A stretch of DNA of 64,000 nucleotides, from the NCBI GenBank assembly GCA_963835575.1, contig CAWIGG010000006.1, forward strand, positions 128,001-192,000, in the 5' to 3' direction. Shown here piece after piece: positions 18,605 to 27,996 of this stretch. Each line of letters begins with the position of its first letter. The first letter of the stretch is position 1. The notes below the pieces were generated by a model. The model ran no database searches. It saw only the letters and a list, made by a program, of their open reading frames with translations, and was not told the origin of the DNA. The DNA comes from an uncultured Spirochaetota bacterium (GTDB taxonomy: Bacteria > Spirochaetota > Brevinematia > Brevinematales > JAOACQ01). The position numbers and the translations under genes were made by a program.

Positions 18605-19741
18605 TCAAATTAATTCCCGGAGGATGCCGGTGTCAAAATCCATGCAGGCCATGCTGCCGCAGCCGGTTTCACATGGAGAACAGGGTTTGTCCAGAGAGAG
18701 TACGTTAATATTTCCGCCGAGCGGGCCCCATTGTTTTTTATCTCCCATACCGCAGTAAAAGACGATCGTTTTTGTCCCGCTCCAGCCGGCCAGGTGGGAA
18801 GAAAGGCTGTCCACTGTCACGATCAGAGAGGCTTTCTTATAAAGCAATGCAAGCTGTGGAATATTAAACAGCCCCGCCGCGTTTAATGATTTTCCGGATG
18901 ATATTTCCCGCGCCAGTTCTTTTTCATCACCGCTTCCTGTTATTATTATCTGAAAGCCTTTTTTCTCAAGTATATTGACGACTTCCTTCCATTTTTCATT
19001 GGACAGGCTTTTAATCCGGAGGCCGGCTCCGGGATGAACTACGGCGGTCCCGGCAGACCTTTTTATATTCTTTTTCCAGAAATCGTTCACAAAAGAAAAA
19101 TCTTCTTTTGAGGGGCATATTTCATAACGCAGATTTTTTATATCAGCGTCGATTCCCAGCGGCCTGAGCACCTCAAGAAAATGCTCCGTTTCATGCCTGC
19201 CCCTTTCCCAGCCGGTCATCAGGTTCAGAAAAGGGCCGAAGCCGGCGGTCCCATGGCCGATGGTATATTTAATTCCGCCGAGCAGGGCAAGGCTTAACAG
19301 ATTCCCCCGGCGGGAGCGCATAAAAAGCCCCAGGTCATAATTTTCCTTCCGTATCGCTTTCAGCGCTGAAAAATATGTCCGCATGTATTCCAGCCATTTT
19401 TTTAAGCGGGCGCTTTTACTCCGGTTCGCAAAGGAGTGGTTAATGATATGCCTTTTTTGTATATAGGGATTGTTTTCAAGGACCTGTAAAGCCCATTTTC
19501 CGCAGACGATATCGATAGCAGCGTCAGGGAATCTTTTTTGTATAAGAGGGAAAACACTTGTTAAAAGAAGCATGTCGCCGAGATGGTCGGGCTTGATGAC
19601 GAGGATCTTATTTACTTTTTCAGGTATTTTCCCGCCTGATTTATGAAAGAAAAAACCGAGAGTATTATCAACCAGGGCCAGGAAAAAGCGAAGCCATGCT
19701 TTTTTTGTGAGATAGCGTGCCTTCTGACAGGTGCAGTTCAT
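18605..19741 (-). CDS. Glycosyltransferase family 9 (heptosyltransferase-like)
   Basis: KPDHLGDMLL, VHPGAG, TVDSLSSHLA, CSPC...CM; adjacent to hldE/hldD. Confidence 0.88.
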   Translation of the reverse strand: MNCTCQKARYLTKKAWLRFFLALVDNTLGFFFHKSGGKIPEKVNKILVIKPDHLGDMLLLTSVFPLIQKRFPDAAIDIVCGKWALQVLENNPYIQKRHIINHSFANRSKSARLKKWLEYMRTYFSALKAIRKENYDLGLFMRSRRGNLLSLALLGGIKYTIGHGTAGFGPFLNLMTGWERGRHETEHFLEVLRPLGIDADIKNLRYEICPSKEDFSFVNDFWKKNIKRSAGTAVVHPGAGLRIKSLSNEKWKEVVNILEKKGFQIIITGSGDEKELAREISSGKSLNAAGLFNIPQLALLYKKASLIVTVDSLSSHLAGWSGTKTIVFYCGMGDKKQWGPLGGNINVLSLDKPCSPCETGCGSMACMDFDTGILRELI

Positions 19742-19871
19742 TCTACTGCTTCTCCTTGGTAATAATTATACATAATCTGATTATAAGTGAATAGTCTAAG
19801 TATGATTTAAAAAAAATTCAATTTTTCAGGATTCCTATTAAATACAGGGTTTTACAAAAAGAATCCTCTAT

Positions 19872-21516
19872 CCCGCATTATTCATCTCACCCCCACAGAG
19901 GGTGTATTTTCTATAAAAAACTGCCCGGCTGTTCAAGCGGCCGCATAAATTTGTCAGTTAACCTTCCGTTTTTCCGTCCAATCCTTTCTAACTTTTCAAA
20001 AATCTGTTTTTTGCAGTTACAAGGGCGCAGTTTCCCCCTTCTTTAAGCGGAGTCAAAAACATCCAGAAAGGCTTTCATTACGCAAAGCTGTCCGAGAGCC
20101 TTTGAAATACCGCTTTTTCAGTGAAACTTGAGCAAAAATGCAGCCATACTCTCCGGACTGTTTCTTTTACCTGTACAGCAACTTTCAGAATTTTTAACCG
20201 TATAGTGTCGGCTTGCGCTTTCTCATATTCTGTACCTTTCAATCCCTTCCTTAAGCGCTGCATGCATTGATAGGCAAAACCCGCAAGAATCAGCCGGAAA
20301 TAATTTGCCATATATCGATGGCAGCTCAAACGGTCAAGATTCATATCCTTTTTCAGTTCCTTGATCCGGTTTTCCATATCTCCACGCTTCGCATAGAATC
20401 TGTATGCATACCTTGCCTTTGAAAATTTCCAATTGGTTATCAGATAACGGGTGTCCTGTCCCAATTCATTGCAGCGTATCCGGGCGATAATCATTCGTTC
20501 TTTTTCCCAGCTTTGTGCACGGTATTTGAAATTCGTATGAAGCGTCTTTTCTTTCCCGCTTTTTTGAAAATATGTCTTTGCCCTGCGGGATAGCTTTCTT
20601 GTCCTCTTCTCCAATCTCCGGTAACCCTTTATTCCCAGAATATAATGGAGATCATTTTGTTCGCAATATTCGTATATCTTCGGGTTTTCAAATCCGGCGT
20701 CACCTCGCAGGATTATCCGGATCTCCGGTTGTCGCCTCCTTATTGCCAAAACAATTCTCCTGATCATAGCAAGCGCGTCCTTTGCCGGACCCGCGTTTCC
20801 CTGCCGCAGTTTAATCGCCGCAAGGTCTCCGGTATCTCCGTCACAAACAATCAGCGGTGAGTACATCGTTTGTTCATAAAAACCGTTGAACAGGCTTCCT
20901 TCCTGTTTACCATGCGTCGGATCATCCGTGCCGTCTATGTCAAGAACAACACTTTCCGCTTTACGCTCTATCAAGCTGTCAATGTACCAGTCCGTCATAC
21001 AGAAATCAAGCTTCGTTATATCCCGAAGGTTTATGCTGTTCTCAAGCCTGGACAGCGTCGGCTGGCTGGACAGGGTATCTCCGCTTTCAGGTAAACGCCC
21101 TGCCGCGAATTTAAACATCGGGTCATACCGTAATACTCCCGCGTCGTTGGTGTCTTCATACCCCATGATCATTTGGCTGACCCGTTGTCCGATCAATTCA
21201 CTCATTTCATGAATTATCCGGTCCTGGTCCCTGCAATCCTCAATACAACCGGATATTCTATTGATAATTCCGGTCTTTTTTAAGAGCCCGGATACCAGAA
21301 ACAGCCCGCCGTCAGTGGATATGTCGCCGCCGTTCCAGTCCATCTCAATAGTCTTGCCTAAAAAGGCAAAACCGCTTGATTTTTCTTCTTGTTTATGACA
21401 TACTGTTTTCACCGCGTATCTCCTCTTTGGGGTATTTTTAGGTCGCAATTAATTATATCATAAAGAGTAAAGTTACGCGGCTTTTTTTATACTTTTTTTC
21501 AGGTGAATAATCCGGG
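19872..21516 (-). mobile_element. IS1380-family insertion sequence, complete
   Basis: Terminal IRs CCCGCATTATTCA / TGAATAATCCGGG; 4-bp duplication CTAT at 19868-19871 and 21517-21520. Confidence 0.92.
20078..21412 (-). CDS. IS1380-family transposase
   Basis: GGDISTDGG, SQPTLSRLEN, LDIDGTDDPTHG, LRGDAGF, RGDMENRIKE; GTG start after GAGGAG. Confidence 0.93.
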   Translation of the reverse strand: MKTVCHKQEEKSSGFAFLGKTIEMDWNGGDISTDGGLFLVSGLLKKTGIINRISGCIEDCRDQDRIIHEMSELIGQRVSQMIMGYEDTNDAGVLRYDPMFKFAAGRLPESGDTLSSQPTLSRLENSINLRDITKLDFCMTDWYIDSLIERKAESVVLDIDGTDDPTHGKQEGSLFNGFYEQTMYSPLIVCDGDTGDLAAIKLRQGNAGPAKDALAMIRRIVLAIRRRQPEIRIILRGDAGFENPKIYEYCEQNDLHYILGIKGYRRLEKRTRKLSRRAKTYFQKSGKEKTLHTNFKYRAQSWEKERMIIARIRCNELGQDTRYLITNWKFSKARYAYRFYAKRGDMENRIKELKKDMNLDRLSCHRYMANYFRLILAGFAYQCMQRLRKGLKGTEYEKAQADTIRLKILKVAVQVKETVRRVWLHFCSSFTEKAVFQRLSDSFA

Positions 21517-21659
21517 CTATTTATGGTTACCCGCAATTTATCCGCTTAATACGAAATTTAACAGTCTTTTGAGAAATTCATTTTATATAAAGAGGGGCAT
21601 AGCTGGCGGCAAGCGAAAAAGGCGCAAAACCGGTTATAAACCATCCTCCTGCTCAATTC

Positions 21660-22313
21660 TCAAAATTTCATTGCCAAACCAAAAGTTGTTGAGGCTGTAC
21701 CGGCGGCATTATTATTTAAAATATATTTGTCAGAATAAAAATTATTTGAATTTATGGATCTGGATAAATTCACATATATACCCAGGAGATTTTTATCCAA
21801 AAACTCGAAAGGATAAAAAATAAAGTGCAAATATATTCCATAATTCGCGTTATTCAAATGATAATCGGTGAGCCTGCCGGCATCTGTAACTTTTTCGTAA
21901 AAGAACCAGGAGCCGAACATACCGATGCCGAAAACAAGCCATGGATTTCCATCTTCCCGGTTAAAAAAGTGAAAATTGTAAGTGAGCGGGATAGTCAGCG
22001 CATGTAAGAAAAACGTCCTTGTTCCTGAAATGTTATTTAAACTGTCGTTATAAATAAAATCCTGGTTATAATATACATAATCCAGGCCGGTTTCAATATG
22101 ATTGCCGTAAATATTTAATTCAGTGTGTAAACCGATATTAGCGCCCAATTTTGTGGCATGGCTTACATTAGTTGTTTCAGAAAACGGCAAAGAACCTGTC
22201 AAACCTCCCCAATTGCCTCCGGTATATATGATGATGTTCTGCCGGGCGGCTAATTTTTGAGAAAACGTCAATATTATCAATATCAATACTATTTCAGCCA
22301 ATTTGTATGCCAT
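21660..22313 (-). CDS. Putative outer-membrane beta-barrel protein
   Basis: Signal peptide, alternating aromatic/hydrophobic strands, LTIPLTY motif, terminal Phe. Confidence 0.6.
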   Translation of the reverse strand: MAYKLAEIVLILIILTFSQKLAARQNIIIYTGGNWGGLTGSLPFSETTNVSHATKLGANIGLHTELNIYGNHIETGLDYVYYNQDFIYNDSLNNISGTRTFFLHALTIPLTYNFHFFNREDGNPWLVFGIGMFGSWFFYEKVTDAGRLTDYHLNNANYGIYLHFIFYPFEFLDKNLLGIYVNLSRSINSNNFYSDKYILNNNAAGTASTTFGLAMKF

Positions 22314-22331
22314 TATTTTCCTCCAGATTAT

Positions 22332-23030
22332 TTAAAATCTATAACCTATCTCAATGCCGGGAAGGGGTACAAATGTAAAAGGGCTTCCCATCCTGTCTAT
22401 TTCCCGAAACCTTTGCGGAGCGCTGCTGTCGTGAAGATAGGCCAAATAGTCAGCCTCAAAAAAAACAGAAACGTATAGGGGTAAACTAAACAAGATAAAA
22501 TCAAACCTATAGCCTATATCGCACATAATATACATTTGAAATCCGCTCGCGAGAAAGTTGCCATTATTATCGTAATATGCGATGTATTGGGGGCTTAATG
22601 ACAGACTTACAGAAAGATTTTCCCAAATGTACCTTGTATAACCGATCCCGGACAAATATGTCCAGATATAACCCGGATAAGGTGTCAAAAGCAGCAGATC
22701 GGAAAATACACCGGCAAACTTGGATGCGCCAAGGCCGAATGTAATTGAATTTTTTGTATCAAAACAATATTCAGCGCCGAAACTATAAAAGGGCTGAAGA
22801 ACTCCATCAACCGGAACGAAGCTGAATATAAGATCGCCCGGAGGGAATCCTATATACCAATGATAATTGGTTTTTACCGTATTTATGGTAATAGAATCAT
22901 TAGTCGTCATATTATTGGTTGAAAGATTATCATTAAAATTTGAATTATTCTGCAGAGCGTTTAAATTCTGAATACAGAGTAATACCAGCACTGTAAACAT
23001 GCTTGACGCCAATATCTTATTCCGTGCCAT
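22332..23030 (-). CDS. Putative outer-membrane beta-barrel protein
   Basis: Signal peptide, Asn-rich linker, repeated IGYxF strands, ends IGYRF. Confidence 0.6.
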   Translation of the reverse strand: MARNKILASSMFTVLVLLCIQNLNALQNNSNFNDNLSTNNMTTNDSITINTVKTNYHWYIGFPPGDLIFSFVPVDGVLQPFYSFGAEYCFDTKNSITFGLGASKFAGVFSDLLLLTPYPGYIWTYLSGIGYTRYIWENLSVSLSLSPQYIAYYDNNGNFLASGFQMYIMCDIGYRFDFILFSLPLYVSVFFEADYLAYLHDSSAPQRFREIDRMGSPFTFVPLPGIEIGYRF

Positions 23031-23063
23031 AAATATCAAGCCTCCATTTTAAATTAACATGTG

Positions 23064-23111
23064 ACTATATCATTAAATCTTGTTGCAATCAATAGGTATT
23101 TTATCCTACGG
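23064..23111 (-). promoter_or_regulatory. Sigma70-like promoter with adjoining near-palindromic operator (shared with 47720-47767)
   Basis: TTGATT-N17-TATAGT preceded by TAGGATAAAATACCTA; 24/25 identity with 47743-47767. Confidence 0.6.
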
Positions 23112-23310
23112 AGTTATTTTTTCTGCCCATTGGAGATTTGCATTAATTATTAGCGATAATAGAATGTTTTACACCTTAATTAATTTAATACCCTTGTTTA
23201 TTCATATAAAACTAGAGCGACAATCGAATTATAAGTGTGAAAACGAGGTATGAAAATAAAAGATACTCTTATTAAGTTTTTAATTTTGCATAATCATGAA
23301 AGTTTACAAA

Positions 23311-24333
23311 TTATTTACATACGGCCTTATGGTCCGTCCGGCGTAGTTCCTCGGCCGCCGTTTCCGGCAGGACCGTGTTGACATAAAAACCGCCGGCATA
23401 CTCCAGCCCGCCTTTTTGCTTGAGCTGGGGTATGGCGCTGACATACCAGTGATAATATCTTTCCTCTCTTTCATAATAGCAGAGCGACTGGAAAACATAA
23501 TTAAAATCGGGATTTTTAAGAAGAGAGTATAGTTTGCCGAATGCCGTGATCATGCTGTCCGAAAGGGAGCCTATTTCCTCCGGCGTTATGCAGAGGAAGG
23601 AAGGCGAGTGCTTTTTCGGCACGATCCAGAAATGATAGGGCGAAAGCGCCGCGTAAGGCGAAAGGCAGACAAAATAGTCGTTTTCATAAAAAATCCTGCC
23701 GCGTTCTGAATACTCATTATTGAGAATATCGCAGAGCATACAGCTGTCATTCAGTTCATGATAGCGCTCCGCTTCGCGGAGCCGTATCTGTATTTCAAAC
23801 GGCACGACAGGAAGCCCGTAAATCTGTGAATGGGGATGCTCCAGCGAACCGCCGGCTTTGATGCCCTGGTTTTTAAAAATGACAATATGCCTGACATACT
23901 CATTTTCCCTGATCTGCCCGGCGCGTTCTAAATAGATCTGCAGGAGCGAGGCCATTTCATCGGTATTGAAAAAAGCTAAAGTGGTATTATGCTTTGGAGT
24001 TTCAACAATGACGTCCTGAATACCGAATCCGTCTATTTCCTTGCAGAGGGGGCGGTGCCTCTTTTCCAGCTTTATATGGCGGTCGACACTGGAAAATTTA
24101 TTTTCCAGGATCCTTATCTGCCATTTTCCATTTTTTTCAATCCTTGAAACTTCCTTGTTTTCCTGAATTTGATTGCCGGGGCAGAAAGGGCAGGTATCTT
24201 TATATTCCGGGCGATGTTTCAGGATACTGATATTATCAAGCTCTTCATGTTTGAGATCCATCGGCCTTAGGGCCCTGTTCGGAGCGAAAATGACCCAGTC
24301 GTTGGTGATCATATTCTTCCGGTATATGGACAT
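23311..24333 (-). CDS. galT: Galactose-1-phosphate uridylyltransferase
   Basis: WVIFAPNRALRP, CPFCPGN, FKNQGIKAGGSLEHPHSQI. Confidence 0.9.
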   Translation of the reverse strand: MSIYRKNMITNDWVIFAPNRALRPMDLKHEELDNISILKHRPEYKDTCPFCPGNQIQENKEVSRIEKNGKWQIRILENKFSSVDRHIKLEKRHRPLCKEIDGFGIQDVIVETPKHNTTLAFFNTDEMASLLQIYLERAGQIRENEYVRHIVIFKNQGIKAGGSLEHPHSQIYGLPVVPFEIQIRLREAERYHELNDSCMLCDILNNEYSERGRIFYENDYFVCLSPYAALSPYHFWIVPKKHSPSFLCITPEEIGSLSDSMITAFGKLYSLLKNPDFNYVFQSLCYYEREERYYHWYVSAIPQLKQKGGLEYAGGFYVNTVLPETAAEELRRTDHKAVCK

Positions 24334-24465
24334 TCTTTTCTCCTTTTTAAATGTGAAAATTAATCCGGGAATTTAATCTTATTAACGGTGATATTATAAA
24401 CATGTGTTTTAAGTATATCAATAAATAATAGATCTGCTGTTCCGATTATTAAGCGAATGTTTTAA

Positions 24466-24669
24466 GGGCAGTTCCAAAAACTCAAAATCAATCAGATATT
24501 TCCAACATAGGTTTTGGAACTGCCCCGGTTATAGAACCTCTTGTAAATTTAATTGCCGCTACCGTATAGAGTTCGCTGGTTGATGATCTTTTCAGACAGC
24601 GAACTCGGGCGGTAGCATGAACTCATATAATAGCGGCAGTTCTAAATATTTGAGTTTTTAGAACTGCCC
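24466..24669 (+). mobile_element. 204-bp triple-hairpin MITE, copy 1
   Basis: TIRs GGGCAGTTCYAAAAACT; TTAA duplicated on both flanks; near-identical inverted copy at 61231-61434. Confidence 0.88.
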
Positions 24670-24873
24670 TTAATTATATATCTGACAGCATCATTTCCCC
24701 GGCTTTTGAAGATTACCCTGCAAAACACCTTTGTGTCTATAAAAAAAGCGCTAAAAGTTTTAATATTTTGATATTATTTCTTGAAAAAAACAGATAAAAT
24801 ATATTTTTAAATAATTTCATTTATTTGACCTGTATTCCGGTATTATATATAGAGAGAAACAAGAGAGTTATTT

Positions 24874-25014
24874 ATGGGGATTAAGGCTTTATCCGATTCT
24901 GCCGCGGATGACGGTTTCTCTCCGGCAGGCTTTTCCTCCTATTTTCATGAGAAATGCGATAAACCTGCCGTTGCCTTTGGGGCGAACGGCAGGTGTTTTT
25001 TTCTCCTCTCCTTG
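24874..25014 (+). pseudogene. 5' gene fragment cut by the IS at 25015
   Basis: ATG after a purine-rich RBS-like tract; the reading frame runs into the IS end. Confidence 0.35.
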
Positions 25015-26689
25015 TTGCCTGTCGGTTTTTATAACATGCTTCATGGACATACGGCAGGGTTCCCGTTAAAATAAAACGGGAGAAAAAGATGGCAAGATTT
25101 GAAAAGAACAGCCTGGAGCAGGGTGAGTTCCTCGCGATCAATATAGGCGAGCAGTTTGATGAGAATTCCAGAGAATTTATACTAAAAGAATTCATCAAAA
25201 ACCGTATTAAACTGGAGGATTTCGCGGCTTACTATAAGAACAACCATAGAGGCAGAGAGATTAAAAATCCTCGGGATGTGATCTGTGCGGTACTCTACGG
25301 TTACATTACGGGAAATCGTATCAGCCGAAAGATAGAAGATTTGCTGAAAAAACACATTGGGTTTATGTATGTTTCAAACCGGCTGAAAATTGACCATTCG
25401 GTAATTTGCGAGTTCAAGGTACTTTTTCAGGAAAAGATCGAGGAGTTGTTCAGCCAGCTTTTATATATACTCAACGAAATGGGGTCTATAGATTGGGACA
25501 TGGTAGTGGGTGACGGCACAAAGATCAAGGCCTACGCGAGTAAGAATAAGAATGTGGGAAAGAAACATACCCGGAAGCTGATGGACACTTACCAGAAGAT
25601 GGCGGAAAAGATTGTGAAACAAGACCTGGAACTGGAAGAATCTTACCGGGAAGGCAAGCTGGAGCAGCCTTATTACGAAGCGGAGAAGAAGCGGGTATCA
25701 AGGCGGAAAAAGATTTACGATAGTGTTTTGAACCAAATCGATGAATACAAAAAACAGGTAGAGAGAGGGGAAAAGACAGACGAAGAATTCACCAACCTGA
25801 CTGATCCCGAAAGCAAGCTGATGTCTGGAAATCCGCATAGTGTGTTTATACAGGGATATAATTCGGCGATGATGGTCAGTAATAATGATGTGATTATAGA
25901 TTTTGAAGCAATCACAACACCGGAAAAACAGCATACGGAAGAAATGGTAAAGAGGGTGGAACAGAAAAAAGCGGAATTAAAAGTTGATAAGGCTAGCAAA
26001 TACCTTTTTGATTCGGGTTTTCAGGACATGGAAGAGACAATCCGGATGGTGGAGGAAGGAAAAGACCTTTATGTGGATACGAAAGAGCGGGATTTCAGTG
26101 ATAAATCACAGAAGCGAAGAGACTTTAAACTGGAAAAGATTGATGACGAATATATCCTGGGATGCCGGGGCGGCCGTAAGGAAAATGGGTATTTAGATCG
26201 AAATAACCAAAGATATACATTTTTGTATTCACGGAAGGGCTGTGAAAGATGTCCATTTTTCAGTGAGTGTTATAAAAACATCAAACCGAAAACACAGCAA
26301 AAGACAGTAATTTTCAGTGAGTTTGAATTGAATAATCGGTCTAAGATTGATGCTTATTTAACAAAACTTTACAGCGAAGAAGGGCAAAAGATATACAACC
26401 GCAGGATAGGTAAAGAACACGTATTTTCAAACATCAAAACACAGAAGGGTTATGTTCAGACAGTTTACAGAGGTCAACGGAAAGTGAATTTGGAGCTATG
26501 CTGGGTATCCCTTGCGCATAATTTTATGAAATATGCCCAATATTTGAGAAAATAGAGAGGATTTTGTATAGTCTGAGTATCGATTATTCGAAATTTATTA
26601 TTAAAATCAGCTAAGCTGACAAAATTTTTATTTGCCCGCTTATTGTAAGGGGCTGGTTTGACTCCGAAAATGAAATAACCGACAGGCAA
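25015..26689 (+). mobile_element. IS1182-family insertion sequence
   Basis: IRs TTGCCTGTCGGTT / AACCGACAGGCAA; no target duplication visible. Confidence 0.78.
25089..26555 (+). CDS. IS1182-family transposase
   Basis: SRKIE, IDHSVICEF, GDGTKIKAYAS, NLTDPESKLM, QGYN, FDSGF, EHVFSNIK, LAHNFMK. Confidence 0.9.
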   Translation: MARFEKNSLEQGEFLAINIGEQFDENSREFILKEFIKNRIKLEDFAAYYKNNHRGREIKNPRDVICAVLYGYITGNRISRKIEDLLKKHIGFMYVSNRLKIDHSVICEFKVLFQEKIEELFSQLLYILNEMGSIDWDMVVGDGTKIKAYASKNKNVGKKHTRKLMDTYQKMAEKIVKQDLELEESYREGKLEQPYYEAEKKRVSRRKKIYDSVLNQIDEYKKQVERGEKTDEEFTNLTDPESKLMSGNPHSVFIQGYNSAMMVSNNDVIIDFEAITTPEKQHTEEMVKRVEQKKAELKVDKASKYLFDSGFQDMEETIRMVEEGKDLYVDTKERDFSDKSQKRRDFKLEKIDDEYILGCRGGRKENGYLDRNNQRYTFLYSRKGCERCPFFSECYKNIKPKTQQKTVIFSEFELNNRSKIDAYLTKLYSEEGQKIYNRRIGKEHVFSNIKTQKGYVQTVYRGQRKVNLELCWVSLAHNFMKYAQYLRK

Positions 26690-27001
26690 GCCGGAAAAAA
26701 GAGGCTGTATTATAAAGATCCTGATAGACCAGAAGATAATTATGCCGGTCAGAAGCGCCTTCCCGATCTGAGAGGTTAAAAGCTCTTTTGAGTAAAAGAA
26801 AGGTAAATAGGCGAAGATCAGCCAGAATAATAAAACGGAGAAGTTTGACGTATTTAATAACTGCTTTATGACTCTTTTTTTGATGGCTGGCAGTTCTTTC
26901 AGATTTTCATCCCAATTGAACGTTTTTGGGAATATAATATGGGATAGAGCGCAGATCAAATGAAAAACGCCCCCGATTTTTATTAATAGTTCATTGGGCA
27001 T
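26690..27001 (-). pseudogene. Membrane protein, 3'-truncated by the IS
   Basis: Hydrophobic helices (HIIFPKTFNW, FWSIRIFIIQ); the frame continues into IS sequence after ...QPLFSG. Confidence 0.55.
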
Positions 27002-27044
27002 TGGCAGTTCCTTTTTTATTCATTATTTTTAATTCCGGCCGCCT

Positions 27045-27626
27045 TTACTTTTTATACATATCCTTAAACTTCTGATAATAAAATTCATGGTCTTTGCGCG
27101 GCAGGGTCTGCGATTCTCCATTTGAGTTTTCATCCAGACGGGCAAGCATCTTTTCGATTTTTTTTAATTTTTCCTCCGAATCGAAAGCCCAATCGCTTTC
27201 CGGATATTCCCGCAGGACTTTTGTGAAAAAAGATTTGGCTTTGGCCAGATTATCTTCGGTTTCATCAGCGGTATGGCGCTCCGACGCCGAGAAATGAGTG
27301 AAGAAATAATGATACTTTGTATAATATTTATTAAAATATTCCAGCCCTTTTTTATATAAAACAGCGTCCCGGTCCGAATCTTTTTTGATCATGCTGTCTT
27401 TAGCCGGCTTTGCTTTTGCCTTCTTTTTTAAATCATCAAAACCGGCGGCGATTATTTTATAAGCCTCATTTATCCTTGCCATGATCTTTTCCTGCTTCTT
27501 TTTCTGTTCATGGTTTGTAAAGTGGTCGGGATGGTTCTGCCCGGCAAGCCTGCGGTAAGTTTTCTTGACATCGTTCAGGGTTGCGCCGGGAGTCAGGCAG
27601 AATAGTTTTATATACTCATTAATCAT
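27045..27626 (-). CDS. DnaJ-domain protein with TPR-like helices
   Basis: VKKTYRRLAGQNHPD...INEAY J-domain; C-terminal EYPESDWA. Confidence 0.85.
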   Translation of the reverse strand: MINEYIKLFCLTPGATLNDVKKTYRRLAGQNHPDHFTNHEQKKKQEKIMARINEAYKIIAAGFDDLKKKAKAKPAKDSMIKKDSDRDAVLYKKGLEYFNKYYTKYHYFFTHFSASERHTADETEDNLAKAKSFFTKVLREYPESDWAFDSEEKLKKIEKMLARLDENSNGESQTLPRKDHEFYYQKFKDMYKK

Positions 27627-27996
27627 ATTTCCTCTTTTTGTTTATTATAAAGTTTCATCTTCTTTTTGTACAGCGGTCATCACAGGCTATTTTGCTTCCG
27701 CGGCAAAGGTTGCCGGACACTACATCAAGTTCATTGCCGAATCCGCTTCGTTCTAATCGGGTACAGGCCCCGAACATGGATGGAGAAATTTGGGGATAAA
27801 TAAAAGAGATAATCGGTCCTTGGGACTTCTGACAGTTTGAAGCGGTAATTTCTTTTAAACTCATGGATTTTAATCTTTACAGGCAATTATTAATTTTTTA
27901 TTTTTTTGCATTTATTGATACGCAAGAATAAAATATCAACCAATGGAATTATAATTTTTCTTATCATTCATTAATAATTTTTGGAGGTAATTACTT

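Noticed and set aside
27655..27864. Possible riboswitch or small ORF between the DnaJ and LamG genes
   Set aside because: No recognisable aptamer motif; it reads best as a decayed gene fragment.
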